This document shows, piece after piece, positions 47,246 to 57,620 of a stretch of 64,000 nucleotides of DNA. This stretch comes from an uncultured Pseudomonadales bacterium (GTDB lineage Bacteria; Patescibacteriota; Microgenomatia; UBA1400; PJMF01). The position numbers were made by a program, and so were the translations under genes. The notes beneath the pieces are model-generated. The model made no database searches. It was not told where the DNA came from and saw only the letters and a list, made by a program, of their open reading frames with translations. The stretch is from positions 103,440 through 167,439 of the forward strand of contig CAYMSV010000001.1 in NCBI GenBank assembly GCA_964393205.1, in the 5' to 3' direction. Each line of letters opens with the position of its first letter. Within the stretch, counting starts at the first letter, position 1.

Positions 47246-49022
47246 GATTAAAAATTTCTCCTTTTTGTAATTGAATGTTGAGGTTTAATTTTGATTTCTT
47301 GCTAATCAAACCATCTTTATTATAAACGCTTAAAGGAATTTCTAAATTTTGAAAAGGAACAATTAAGTTTGGCCAGTCTTCTTCTTGACTAACAATTAGC
47401 TCATCACTGTCAAAAGTAAATTTAGCAAAATACCAAACTTGTCCTGTTGGATTGCTAAGAACTAAAGAATATTTTCCAGGAATATCAAAGTTTAATAGTT
47501 GTTGTTCTTTTAACTCAATATTAATTTCTGGCTGAATGTTTGGAAAATCATTCTGACTAAATTCAACATAGATCTTTTTTTCTTGAGCTTCTTTTTCGCT
47601 TAAATAAGAACCCGCTGGGTAAGGCAAAACACTAGAAACACCATTGATTGCGAAAGTAATATGATTGAGATCGAATTTAGAAAAATAATCAATTCCACCA
47701 GTGGTATTTTGCCAGGTTGGATCAATTTCTTGCCAGCTATTGTTTTCAAAGTTATAAAAGGCTGGCCAAGCATGTAATACATCACCAACCACACTAATTG
47801 GTCTCAATTCTTCATTACTACTATAAGCATAACCAACAATTCTTTTAGCTGGAATTTGTTTAATCCTCGCCAAGGTAACAAATAGATCTGTAAATTCTTG
47901 ACAGGTGGCAAAAATTCTATTTTCTGGTAAGAAGCTATTAGCAGCGCCTAGGCGATAAAATTGTGCGTTCAAATTTTCTTCTGTATATTCAAGATTTTCT
48001 ACTACAAACTGATTAATATCACTAGCACTATTTAATGTCGAAGCGGCTTCTTTTAAATCTGGGCTATCTATTTCCCAAAATTTTTGAGCAGTGAGGTGAG
48101 CTGGTAAAACTGGAGCTGGTTTGATACCAGAATCTGCCTCTAGTCTTAATAAAATTTGGGCTAAAAGCTCAACTTTAAAAGAATTATTGGCTGGAATTTC
48201 ATAGGTAGCTATAAAATTACCATCAAGATCTACTTTAATATTTTTCGGTAAAGGATCTAATTGGTGATAGTGAATTTTTTGTTTAGGGGTTTCAGGAGGT
48301 AAAGTGATCTGAGTAAGAGCGTTTTGACTATTTGGATTATCCAAATAATAACTCAGTTTCAGATCAAAAACTTGTTCTTCACCAAAGATGGCGCTAACTG
48401 CTTGTCCCTCAAGTTTGTCATAATGAAAAGTATCAAAATCTCCAGCTTGTTTAATAGTAAAATCACTGGGACTAATTCGATTGGCAGGACCAAAAATATT
48501 TGGTATTACTAAATTTAGTCGGTATTGATCATATTGCTCTGGATCTGCTAAAGCAGGAATGTTAACTTCTAAAATTTTACCGCTAATGTTAGCAATATCA
48601 CTATCAAGGTAGCTAATAATTAATTCTCGACTTTTTCCTTCTCCCAGTATTTGTTCTTCGAAGGTAACACCAATGCTGGTTTGGCCTGTCAATTTACTAA
48701 CTTGCGGTTCCAATGGAGTTCCATTATCAGTAACTTTAATGTTCTCTAGGTTGGTAGAACTGACAATAATTCCGTATCTATTAATAAAATATTCAGGAGT
48801 GAGATTGCGTATGGTAAATTTTTGAGTTACTAAAGTTTTTCCATTAGCATTGACTCGATAAGTGCTGTCTAGATTGATAGTGAAGTTTTTATCTTCATCA
48901 GTTGCAGAGATTGGTTTAGTAAATAGATGGTTGCTAAAAAGAACAGTTAAAAAAAATAAGCTGATCAAAAACAGAAATCTTTTTTTGGAGATTATTCTAC
49001 TAAATAATTTACTAATAGACAT
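46959..49022 (-). CDS. Secreted, C-terminally anchored transglutaminase-like cysteine protease
   Basis: Signal peptide; catalytic triad motifs TCQEFTDLF, LHAWP and IDPTW; C-terminal TM ILFLGAGLVVLALAAGSLFLFG + RR. Confidence 0.88.
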   Translation of the reverse strand: MSISKLFSRIISKKRFLFLISLFFLTVLFSNHLFTKPISATDEDKNFTINLDSTYRVNANGKTLVTQKFTIRNLTPEYFINRYGIIVSSTNLENIKVTDNGTPLEPQVSKLTGQTSIGVTFEEQILGEGKSRELIISYLDSDIANISGKILEVNIPALADPEQYDQYRLNLVIPNIFGPANRISPSDFTIKQAGDFDTFHYDKLEGQAVSAIFGEEQVFDLKLSYYLDNPNSQNALTQITLPPETPKQKIHYHQLDPLPKNIKVDLDGNFIATYEIPANNSFKVELLAQILLRLEADSGIKPAPVLPAHLTAQKFWEIDSPDLKEAASTLNSASDINQFVVENLEYTEENLNAQFYRLGAANSFLPENRIFATCQEFTDLFVTLARIKQIPAKRIVGYAYSSNEELRPISVVGDVLHAWPAFYNFENNSWQEIDPTWQNTTGGIDYFSKFDLNHITFAINGVSSVLPYPAGSYLSEKEAQEKKIYVEFSQNDFPNIQPEINIELKEQQLLNFDIPGKYSLVLSNPTGQVWYFAKFTFDSDELIVSQEEDWPNLIVPFQNLEIPLSVYNKDGLISKKSKLNLNIQLQKGEIFNHEVEVKGFGKITVENPEKILFLGAGLVVLALAAGSLFLFGRRLTSTLRRQSQKLEEKDQELHSLSSALSQDPTISQKGQDSQNSDSKKRTSSSAD

Positions 49023-49044
49023 TAAATTAATTGTAGCTGAAAAA

Positions 49045-52023
49045 TTAGTTTGAAGCTAATTCGGCTTTTAAATATTTAGCAGTTAAGGAGTGTTTTTTTT
49101 GACTTAATTGTTCAGCTGTGCCTGTAGCAAGCACTTCTCCACCAGCATCACCACCTCCGGGTCCTAGATCGATAATCCAATCAGCGTTTTTAATAACATC
49201 TAAATTATGTTCGATAACAATTACTGTATTATCTTGTTTAACTAATTTATGTAATACATTGAGTAGTTTCTGAATGTCAGCAAAATGTAAGCCAGTAGTG
49301 GGCTCATCTAATAAATAGATAGTGTGATCATGGCTTTTAATACTTAACTCTTTCGCCAATTTGACTCGTTGAGCTTCACCACCACTGAGAGTTGGAGCGC
49401 TTTGCCCAAGTTTTAAATAACCCAGTCCAACCGCTTTGAGGGTGGCTAGTTTGTGGCGAATTAATGAATGATTTTTGAAAAAATCATGTGCCTCATCAAT
49501 GGTTAGATCTAAAACTTCGGCTATGTTTTTTTCTTGATAACGTACTTGTAGTGTTTCTTTGTTATAGCGTTGACCGTGACAAACATCACATTCTACATAA
49601 ACATCTGGTAAAAATTGCATCTCAATTTTAATTTGTCCTTCTCCCTGACAAGCTTCACAACGACCACCCTTAACATTAAAACTAAAGCGACCAACCTTAT
49701 AAGCTCGTATTTGAGCATCTTTAGTATTAGCGAACACTTTCCGAATATAGTCAAAGGTTTTAGTATAGGTGGCGGGGTTGGAACGAGGGGTTTGACCAAT
49801 AGGACTTTGATCTATTAAACTCAAGCGTTTAACTTTTTCTGGAACAATTAATTGTTCGATTTTTGCTAACTGACCATCGTAGCTTTTACCCAAATATTTG
49901 GCTAAGTGATTGTGCAAAACATTGTCTAAAAGAGTTGATTTGCCCGATCCCGAAACACCGGTAATACAAGTGAAAGTGTTGAGTGGAAAATCGACATCAA
50001 TTTGTTTGAGGTTATGATGAGCTGCTCCACGAAATGAAATTTTTGAGCGTTCAAAAACACTAGCCACTGTGGCTTCTGGATCAATTACTTGTCTTTGCTC
50101 TTTTTTGTCTTGGCGAAGGATTTTTTTCTGGCGAGATAGATATTGAGCCGTTAAAGTTTTTTCTTTGAGTAGTTCTTGATAAGTGCCAGTAAAGACGATA
50201 TTGCCACCTTCTTGACCAGCTAAAGGACCAAAATCAACAATGAAGTCAGCAGCAGCCATAATATCTCGATCGTGTTCAACGACAACCACCGTATTACCCT
50301 TATCTCGCAGTTCTTGTAAGGTTTTAATCAGGCGATGATTGTCGCGTTGATGTAGACCAATGGTTGGTTCATCCAAAATATAGAGTACTCCAGTAAGTCC
50401 AGTGCCAATTTGTGAGGCCAAACGAATTCGCTGCGCCTCTCCTCCAGCCAAGCTGCCTGCTTCTCTGGAAATGGTTAAATAATTGAGACCTACTGCACTC
50501 AAAAAGTGTAAACGACTGTAAATTTCTTTGAGAATTGTTTCAGCAATACTCACTTCTTTTTGACTGAGAATTTTTTCTTGGTTTTTTTGTAATTTGGCAA
50601 TCCATTCTAAAGCTTGGTCTATGGTTAATTGGCTAACTTCAGCAATGTTTTTTTCATCAATATGTACAGATAAGGCTTCTGCTTTTAAACGGTCACCCTG
50701 ACAACTAGGACAGGTTTCCTTATGCATAAATGAGGCAATTTCTTTACGGATATATTCACTGTCAGTCTCTCCATAACGTCGTTCTAGATTGTTAACAAAA
50801 CCTTCAAATTTAGTTTCAAAACTAGTTTCATGACCAAAGCGATTTTCTCCAACTACTTCATAAATTTTGTCGCTACCATAAAGTAAAGTTTGTTGAAATT
50901 TTTCGTCCATATCTTCCCAGGTGGTTTTGCGAAAATCATAATTTGCTGCTTCAACAACTTGTTTAACTAAACGAGAGAACCAAGTGTCATTACTCATAGT
51001 ACGGGCAAAAGGAATCACTGCCCCTTCACTAAGAGTGAGACCAGGAGCAATAATTTTTTGCTGATTTATTTTTAAAATTGAGCCTAGACCATTACAGGTT
51101 TCGCAAGCACCTTCTGGAGCATTAAAAGAAAACAATCTTGGTTCTAACTCTTTAAGTGAAACGCCACAGTCACTACAAGCTAGATTTTCACTAAACAATT
51201 GTTCACTAGTTTTTTGCGGACGTTCTGGAAAGTCAAAACCAGTATCTTCAACCCAGACTAGTAAAACTAAACCGTCAGCTAAACGTAGCGCATCTTCTAC
51301 AGATTGATTGAAGCGCGAGCGAAGCGAGCGCTTCTCTTCTTCATCTTTTAATTGTTTATGACTTAGAACAAAACGATCTACTACAGCCTCAATACTATGT
51401 TTATTAGTTTTAATTAAGGTTAGGGGCTCTTCTAAATTATAAATTTGACCATCAATTCTTGCTCTGGTGTAGCCTTTTTTGATTAAATTATTTAATAAGC
51501 CGTCAAACTCACCTTTGCGATTTTTGACCACCGGAGATAATAAAAGAATTTTTTGAGGATCAGCAGAATTACTTTGGAAACGTTTCTCAATTTGTTGAAA
51601 AATTTGCTCGATAATTTGGTCAATGCTTTGGGTAGAGATTTCTTGACCACATTTGGGACAATGAGGATGACCAACTCTAGCAAATAATAAACGCAGGTAA
51701 TCATAGATTTCAGTAATAGTGCCGACGGTAGAGCGAGGGTTGTGAGAGGTGGTTTTTTGATCTATAGAAATAGCTGGTGACAGACCATCAATTTGATCAA
51801 CATCGGGTTTGCTCATGACGCCCAAAAATTGTCTAGCATAGGAACTGAGTGATTCAACATAGCGTCGTTGTCCTTCGGCATAAAGGGTGTCAAAAGCTAA
51901 GGAGCTTTTACCCGATCCAGAAAGTCCAGTAAAAACAATTAATTTATTTTTTGGTAATTCCAAATCAATATTTTTGAGATTGTGTTCGCGAGCGCCGGTG
52001 ATTTTAATGGTTGATTGTGACAT
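49045..52023 (-). CDS. uvrA: Excinuclease ABC subunit A
   Basis: GAREHNLK, GLSGSGKSSLAFDT, GVSGSGKST, LSGGEAQR, zinc fingers. Confidence 0.99.
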   Translation of the reverse strand: MSQSTIKITGAREHNLKNIDLELPKNKLIVFTGLSGSGKSSLAFDTLYAEGQRRYVESLSSYARQFLGVMSKPDVDQIDGLSPAISIDQKTTSHNPRSTVGTITEIYDYLRLLFARVGHPHCPKCGQEISTQSIDQIIEQIFQQIEKRFQSNSADPQKILLLSPVVKNRKGEFDGLLNNLIKKGYTRARIDGQIYNLEEPLTLIKTNKHSIEAVVDRFVLSHKQLKDEEEKRSLRSRFNQSVEDALRLADGLVLLVWVEDTGFDFPERPQKTSEQLFSENLACSDCGVSLKELEPRLFSFNAPEGACETCNGLGSILKINQQKIIAPGLTLSEGAVIPFARTMSNDTWFSRLVKQVVEAANYDFRKTTWEDMDEKFQQTLLYGSDKIYEVVGENRFGHETSFETKFEGFVNNLERRYGETDSEYIRKEIASFMHKETCPSCQGDRLKAEALSVHIDEKNIAEVSQLTIDQALEWIAKLQKNQEKILSQKEVSIAETILKEIYSRLHFLSAVGLNYLTISREAGSLAGGEAQRIRLASQIGTGLTGVLYILDEPTIGLHQRDNHRLIKTLQELRDKGNTVVVVEHDRDIMAAADFIVDFGPLAGQEGGNIVFTGTYQELLKEKTLTAQYLSRQKKILRQDKKEQRQVIDPEATVASVFERSKISFRGAAHHNLKQIDVDFPLNTFTCITGVSGSGKSTLLDNVLHNHLAKYLGKSYDGQLAKIEQLIVPEKVKRLSLIDQSPIGQTPRSNPATYTKTFDYIRKVFANTKDAQIRAYKVGRFSFNVKGGRCEACQGEGQIKIEMQFLPDVYVECDVCHGQRYNKETLQVRYQEKNIAEVLDLTIDEAHDFFKNHSLIRHKLATLKAVGLGYLKLGQSAPTLSGGEAQRVKLAKELSIKSHDHTIYLLDEPTTGLHFADIQKLLNVLHKLVKQDNTVIVIEHNLDVIKNADWIIDLGPGGGDAGGEVLATGTAEQLSQKKHSLTAKYLKAELASN

Positions 52024-52038
52024 TTTTGTGAATGGGTA

Positions 52039-54165
52039 TTATAGCAGCTTTAGTTCGGCAATTTTGTCTCTAATAATAGCAGCTAGTTCAAAATCTAAAT
52101 CGCTAGCAGCTCTGTTCATTTGTTGGCGCAATTGTTTAACTAATTTAACTCTTTCATCGGGAGTTAAATTTTGAGCATCAATGGCCATTAAATTAAGCCT
52201 AGTGCTTTTGTTAATTTGCAAATAAATAGCTTTTTTATTATTATATTTTTTTGTTCGATTTAGCTCTTTTTCCCACTCACCTCCATCTTTTTCTCTTTGC
52301 AGTAATTTTTCTCTAATTGGTTTGTTGATACTAATTGGATCGATATTATGTTCTTGGTTATAAGCTAGTTGTTTGTGGCGGCGACGTGCAGTTTCGTCAA
52401 TAGCTTTTTGCATTGATTTAGTCATTTTATCAGCGTACAAAATTGCCAATCCATTTAGGTGGCGCGCTGCTCTACCAATGGTTTGAATGAGGGCAATATC
52501 GTTGCGCAAAAAACCTTCTTTATCAGCATCTAAAATACCAATTAAACTAACTTCTGGTAAATCCAAACCCTCTCTTAATAAATTAATACCAACTAAAACA
52601 TCGTAGGTGCCACTGCGTAAATCATCTAAAATATCACTGCGATCTAGGGTTTCTATGTCGGAATGTAAATAAGCGACTTTTGGTAGGCGTTTAGGGTTTT
52701 TAGTAACTAATTTTTTAACTTTTTTTGGATCGTTTAAATAATCAGTTAGAGCCTCAGCCATTTTTTTAGTGAGAGTAGTAACTAAAGTTCTTTCTCCCAA
52801 CTCTACTCTTTTAATTACTTCTTTAATTAGGTTTTCAATTTGATTTTGACTGCTTCTAACTTCAACTTTTGGATCAACTAGACCCGTTGGTCTAATTAGC
52901 TGTTCAACAACTTCTCCTTGGCTTTTATTAATTTCCCACTCCTTAGGAGTAGCAGATAAATAAATTATTTGTTGTTGTCTTTTTAAGAACTCATTGAAGT
53001 TGAGTGGTCGATTATCCATGGCACTGGGTAAGCGAAAACCATATTCAATTAAAGTTTCTTTGCGTGATCGATCACCAAAAAACATCCCCTTAATTTGAGG
53101 GATGGTCATGTGACTTTCATCAATGACAGTTAAAAAAGATTTTTTAGCAAATTTCTTTTGATTGAAGTTTAAATAATCAATTAAAGTATAGGGTGGTTCT
53201 CCAGCTTGGCGACCATCAAAATATTTTGAGTAGTTTTCGATACCATTAACAAAACCAAATTCTTCAATTCTTTCTAAATCGTAATTGACTTTTTGTTGCA
53301 AGCGATAAGCTTCTAGAGTTTTTCCAAGTGTTGTTAATTCTTCAATTCTTTTACTGGTATCTTGACGGATTTCTTTAAGAGCATCTTTTTGAGTTTGGGG
53401 ATTGAGTAAGTAGTGCTTGGCTGGATAAATGACAAAATGTTTCCTTGCTTTTTGTCCAGGCGCTATAGGAAGTTTTTGACCAGAGATAGGATCGATTTCA
53501 TCAATTTTATTAATTTTATTACTTAAGGTATCGATTCTAATGGCAGTGTCGCTATAAGCTGGCCAAATTTGGATGGTGTCTCCCCTGAGTCGATAGGTGC
53601 CACGTTCTAAATCAGTGCTGCTGCGTTCATATTGCAGACTACTTAATTGCAAAAGCAAGGTTTTTCTTTCAATCAATTCTCCCTCAACTATTTCTAAGAT
53701 AAATTTTCCGTATTCAGCTGGAGAACCTAAGTTATAAATACAAGAAACAGATGCAACTACGATATTGTCGGGTCTAGTTAGCAAATTGGTGGTAGCAGCT
53801 AAGCGCAGTTTATCAATTTCATCATTGATCATTGCCTCTTTTTCAATATAGGTGTCACTACTGGGTAAATAAGCTTCTGGTTGATAATAATCATAATAAG
53901 AAACAAAATAAGAAACAGCATTTTTTGGAAAAAAATCACGCAGTTCTTGATAAAGTTGAGCAGCCAAAGTTTTATTGTGAGCAATCACAAGGGTTGGTCT
54001 TTGAGTTTGAGCAATAACATTAGCAACAGTAAAGGTTTTGCCAGAACCAGTAACACCTAAGAGAACTTGGTGTTTTTTTTCTGCTTCAATTCCAGCACTC
54101 AACTTCTCAATTGCTTGAGGCTGATCACCGGTTGGTTGATATTTAGCTGCTAGTTTAAATTTCAT
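52039..54165 (-). CDS. uvrB: Excinuclease ABC subunit B
   Basis: GVTGSGKT, YYDYYQPEAY, DESH, GINLLREGLD, GRAAR, C-terminal UVR domain. Confidence 0.99.
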   Translation of the reverse strand: MKFKLAAKYQPTGDQPQAIEKLSAGIEAEKKHQVLLGVTGSGKTFTVANVIAQTQRPTLVIAHNKTLAAQLYQELRDFFPKNAVSYFVSYYDYYQPEAYLPSSDTYIEKEAMINDEIDKLRLAATTNLLTRPDNIVVASVSCIYNLGSPAEYGKFILEIVEGELIERKTLLLQLSSLQYERSSTDLERGTYRLRGDTIQIWPAYSDTAIRIDTLSNKINKIDEIDPISGQKLPIAPGQKARKHFVIYPAKHYLLNPQTQKDALKEIRQDTSKRIEELTTLGKTLEAYRLQQKVNYDLERIEEFGFVNGIENYSKYFDGRQAGEPPYTLIDYLNFNQKKFAKKSFLTVIDESHMTIPQIKGMFFGDRSRKETLIEYGFRLPSAMDNRPLNFNEFLKRQQQIIYLSATPKEWEINKSQGEVVEQLIRPTGLVDPKVEVRSSQNQIENLIKEVIKRVELGERTLVTTLTKKMAEALTDYLNDPKKVKKLVTKNPKRLPKVAYLHSDIETLDRSDILDDLRSGTYDVLVGINLLREGLDLPEVSLIGILDADKEGFLRNDIALIQTIGRAARHLNGLAILYADKMTKSMQKAIDETARRRHKQLAYNQEHNIDPISINKPIREKLLQREKDGGEWEKELNRTKKYNNKKAIYLQINKSTRLNLMAIDAQNLTPDERVKLVKQLRQQMNRAASDLDFELAAIIRDKIAELKLL

Positions 54166-54276
54166 TTTTTATTTGATTTTATTTGTTTTATTTTTAGTTT
54201 TTTTAACACTAAGGCAACCCTCCATTATACCTCACTTTTAAAGCTGCTTGTTGCCTCGCATAAATTCTCTAATATA

Positions 54277-55035
54277 ATGACAAAGATGTCTTTTATATCT
54301 AATTTAGAGAAAAAATTAGTACACAGTTTTTATTTGCTTCCGCCCGATATTCATGAACGGCAACGCTTCATTGCTAGTAAAATTTCTCGAAATCAAAAGA
54401 TTCTAGATGTGGGTGGCGAACAAGCAATTTTGCAAGAAATTGCTCAAGCTAAGGATTATTATCAGGTTAATATTGCTGATGAAATTAATCAGTCGCCAAA
54501 GTATTTAAAAAATAATGTTAAAAGTTTGTATTATGATGGCAAAAAATTGCCTTTTAAAAACCAAAGCTTTGACGTGATAGTTTGTGTTGATGTTTTAGAA
54601 CATGTATCTAAGAAAGATAGAATGGACTTAATTAAAGAAATGTTGCGAGTGAGCAAAAAAAAGTTAATCTGCTCTGCTCCTTTGGGAACTAAAGAACACA
54701 TTGCGGCTGAAAAAGAACTTTACCAAGCTGTGAGTGACAAAAAACAGGTAGCTTTTTTGCAAGATCATATTAAGCATGGCCTTCCCTCTCCAACAGAGAT
54801 AAAAAAATGGCAGGATAGTTTTAATGCAGAACTGATATTTAGTGGTAATTGTCGTTGGTCAAATTTTCTTTACAAGTTGCAAATTAGCCAATTAAAAATT
54901 AAGGGATTGAGTCATTTATATTTTTTTTGTAAATTGTTTTTTTATGCTTTGTGTAATGTATTTCTTTATCCATTTTTATTTAGAAAGAAACATTCTTCTT
55001 ACACCAATCGCTTTTATTTGGTGATTAATAAATAA
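54277..55035 (+). CDS. Class I SAM-dependent methyltransferase
   Basis: ILDVGG; DGKKLPFKNQSFD; VDVLEHV; EMLRV. Confidence 0.9.
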   Translation: MTKMSFISNLEKKLVHSFYLLPPDIHERQRFIASKISRNQKILDVGGEQAILQEIAQAKDYYQVNIADEINQSPKYLKNNVKSLYYDGKKLPFKNQSFDVIVCVDVLEHVSKKDRMDLIKEMLRVSKKKLICSAPLGTKEHIAAEKELYQAVSDKKQVAFLQDHIKHGLPSPTEIKKWQDSFNAELIFSGNCRWSNFLYKLQISQLKIKGLSHLYFFCKLFFYALCNVFLYPFLFRKKHSSYTNRFYLVINK

Positions 55036-55085
55036 ACATTACCCAGGAAAAATTATTGATCAGCCCATAAATGCTGATTTTTAGT

Positions 55086-55114
55086 TTGTCTAATACTTGG
55101 GCTTTTAGTATAAT
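55086..55114 (+). promoter_or_regulatory. Sigma70 promoter of the tRNA-Arg/tRNA-His pair
   Basis: TTGTCT-N17-TATAAT. Confidence 0.75.
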
Positions 55115-55156
55115 GCAAGAGCTAAATAGACCAGAGATAAATTAATTGGTTTATAA

Positions 55157-55230
55157 GCGTCGGTAGCTCAGCTGGATAGAGCAACTGCCTTCTAAGCAGT
55201 AGGTCGTGGGTTCGAATCCCTCCCGACGTA
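55157..55230 (+). tRNA. tRNA-Arg(TCT)
   Basis: Acceptor GCGTCGG/CCGACGT; anticodon arm ACTGC-CTTCTAA-GCAGT; GGTTCGAATCC. Confidence 0.97.
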
Positions 55231-55257
55231 CGCTTTGTTATAATACAAAGTCTAATC

Positions 55258-55335
55258 GGTGGCTGTAGCTCAGTTGGTTAGAGCGCCGCTCTGTGAAAGC
55301 GGAGGTCGCGGGTTCAAGTCTCGTCAGCCACCCCA
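55258..55335 (+). tRNA. tRNA-His(GTG) with encoded G-1, C73 and CCA
   Basis: G-GTGGCTG.../CAGCCAC-C-CCA; anticodon arm CCGCT-CTGTGAA-AGCGG. Confidence 0.97.
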
Positions 55336-55356
55336 AAATTCTTTAGTCTCTATGGA

Positions 55357-55815
55357 CTACTGATTCAACAATTTCTTCATCTCATTTATTTCTTTGACTT
55401 GTGCCCTAATAATTTCTTCAGATAAATTTTTTACCTCAGGTTCTAAAATACTTGCCTGCTCACTCGTAAGTATGGCAGATGAATGATGAGGGATCATTGC
55501 TTTCATGTATTGATCATCAGATATAAACCACTGATTTCGAAGACCCAAAAAAGAAAAAATAAAAATACTTACGCTTAAAACACTCACTAAGATATTAAGT
55601 TTTGCATCTTTATACATTTTTTTCATAAAGATGAGCATAATTGGTGCCATCGGCGCAGTCATCAAAAAAGCCATATAAGTTCTACTATTACTCAGATAAA
55701 TATGATCAAAGCTGGATACATTCATAAACATTACACTGTACATGGTTACAAAGGAGATACACTGCATTATAAATAAATTTATATAGGGCTTAACTATTTC
55801 TTTTTTATTTATCAT
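55357..55815 (-). CDS. DUF305 family membrane protein (ferritin-like C-terminus)
   Basis: Met-rich TM segments; YMKAMIPHHSSAI; IIRAQVKEINEM. Confidence 0.88.
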   Translation of the reverse strand: MINKKEIVKPYINLFIMQCISFVTMYSVMFMNVSSFDHIYLSNSRTYMAFLMTAPMAPIMLIFMKKMYKDAKLNILVSVLSVSIFIFSFLGLRNQWFISDDQYMKAMIPHHSSAILTSEQASILEPEVKNLSEEIIRAQVKEINEMKKLLNQ

Positions 55816-56015
55816 CTTTTCCTTAATTAATTTAAAATTTTCTATTCTACTAATCGTTCTGTAATTATTGTAATATCAATACTATGAGTCACACTAAGTC
55901 TAGTGTAGAGGGTGTTTGTGTGGTTTTTGTAAGGAAATAGTAATACTAAGGCAAATTTTTTATCAAATAGCGATGTAGTAAATTTTTGATTGTGAACTTT
56001 TGAAACCCAATATCT

Positions 56016-57566
56016 ATGATGATTTCAAAAAAAGAATTTATAGAAAAAAAAGACAAACTGATTACTCCGAATACGGATTATCAAGATTATTTAGATAATA
56101 AGTTACGCACTAGCGCTGAAGAAAAAATTAACGATAACATTGAGCGAGCAACTAATTCAATTAATTTCGTTGTTGAAGGGGTGTTACCAGACACTATTCC
56201 CAGTCTTGAGCGAGATCAAAGTTTTTCTTTTAGCACTTTGTTTATTTTAAAAAAATTAGGCTTACTAGATGCTTTAATTAAAACTCAGCCTGGAGATAAA
56301 GAAGAACTACAGATTAAGGATATTAGTGTTGCTATTAATCGTTACTCAAGCATGGGTTTTAGTTTGGCTTTTTTAAACATTGAGGGCTTGGAAGAAAAAA
56401 AAGAAGCCTTACTGCAAGAGTTGAAGAACACTCCTTTTTGGCAACTTTTTGTTGAAACGGCTCAACTCCATTCCCCGGGAGATGAAACTTCTATAAATAC
56501 AAAAAATTTTAGATTTCAAGACGATCTTGTAGCTAACGCAGCGCTTTTTTCTCGTCTTAATATTTTAGAAGGTGTTTGTCGTCCTTACAGTTATCAAACT
56601 GGAGAGTCCCTTGAGGGATTAGCAACAAAGGCTTTACTTGATAGTTGTCGACAACACATGGTTTTAGATGATCAAGGTAAACTAAAATTTATCAATTTTT
56701 CTTTGGATGAGGGAATTAGCCTTAATTTATTACCAAGTAATCAAGAAATTACAGCAGAAAATTTGTTTGATACAGATTGGCAACTACAAATTACGAGCCA
56801 AGTTGAGCAACAAACGATGGAGGTAGCTAATCAAAGTTATCAGTCTCGTTGTGAAGCCTTTATTAAACGACCAACTGGTCAGGTTTTAATTGAAGCACTT
56901 AAGCATGCTAATTTGAAATTTTCTGCTAATTTTGAAAATTTTTTAACGATGAATAGAAGTCCCGCATTCAATGATCGTTATGGGGGTGCTTATACTCATA
57001 TTAGTCGCTTATTAGCCAAGGTTTTGTGGTCCAGAGATTTAAATAAAATGGCAAATATATTTGTTAATGAAAACAATGATAAAGCTAGCTTGGAAGAATT
57101 AAATTTATTGGCTGATTATCCAAATACTGATCACGCTTTTTCTAGTTTACAAAATATCTTGAGACAATTACTCGACAGAGAGGTAGATGATGATACTAGT
57201 GACATTGAAGTCTTATCGACAGCAATTGATGTGAGTGATGGGGCTTGTTTTGATGTTAGTACCTATTATTGTCAGGCTTTGAGGTATGGTCAACTTTATT
57301 TGAAATTGATTAATGGTAAACCATTTTTATTAAAAACTCATGGTGCGAGAACCCTGATTAATTTACGACCAATTTGGTTTAATGGTGTTAATTTACCCAA
57401 AGGTAGTTTGTTTACAATGACTGGTGAAAATGAATTCGCTTTTTTGCGTCTCACTCCATTCATGTTTGATGATCGAGAAGACATGGTCTCTGCTTTTGGC
57501 ACAGAGGTGATTAAAGCTGAAGATAGTGGCGAAGACTTATTGGCAGTAGCTAATTATGACTGGTAA
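56016..57566 (+). CDS. Hypothetical acidic soluble protein (516 aa)
   Basis: Long ORF with no signal peptide or TM segment; no family recognised. Confidence 0.8.
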   Translation: MMISKKEFIEKKDKLITPNTDYQDYLDNKLRTSAEEKINDNIERATNSINFVVEGVLPDTIPSLERDQSFSFSTLFILKKLGLLDALIKTQPGDKEELQIKDISVAINRYSSMGFSLAFLNIEGLEEKKEALLQELKNTPFWQLFVETAQLHSPGDETSINTKNFRFQDDLVANAALFSRLNILEGVCRPYSYQTGESLEGLATKALLDSCRQHMVLDDQGKLKFINFSLDEGISLNLLPSNQEITAENLFDTDWQLQITSQVEQQTMEVANQSYQSRCEAFIKRPTGQVLIEALKHANLKFSANFENFLTMNRSPAFNDRYGGAYTHISRLLAKVLWSRDLNKMANIFVNENNDKASLEELNLLADYPNTDHAFSSLQNILRQLLDREVDDDTSDIEVLSTAIDVSDGACFDVSTYYCQALRYGQLYLKLINGKPFLLKTHGARTLINLRPIWFNGVNLPKGSLFTMTGENEFAFLRLTPFMFDDREDMVSAFGTEVIKAEDSGEDLLAVANYDW

Positions 57567-57620
57567 GTTATGAATTATGTTAAACTATTTCATTATCATT
57601 AATTATTATTAATACTAATT

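Noticed and set aside
54166-54276. LexA/SOS box upstream of uvrB
   Set aside because: No convincing GAAC-N4-GTTC or CTGT-N8-ACAG palindrome.
55157-57566. Integrative element at tRNA-Arg/His or tRNA-Val
   Set aside because: No integrase, transposase or duplicated tRNA 3' end was found by eye.
57567-57620. preQ1 riboswitch upstream of yhhQ
   Set aside because: The 54-nt gap is almost all A/T, with no preQ1 stem or conserved loop.
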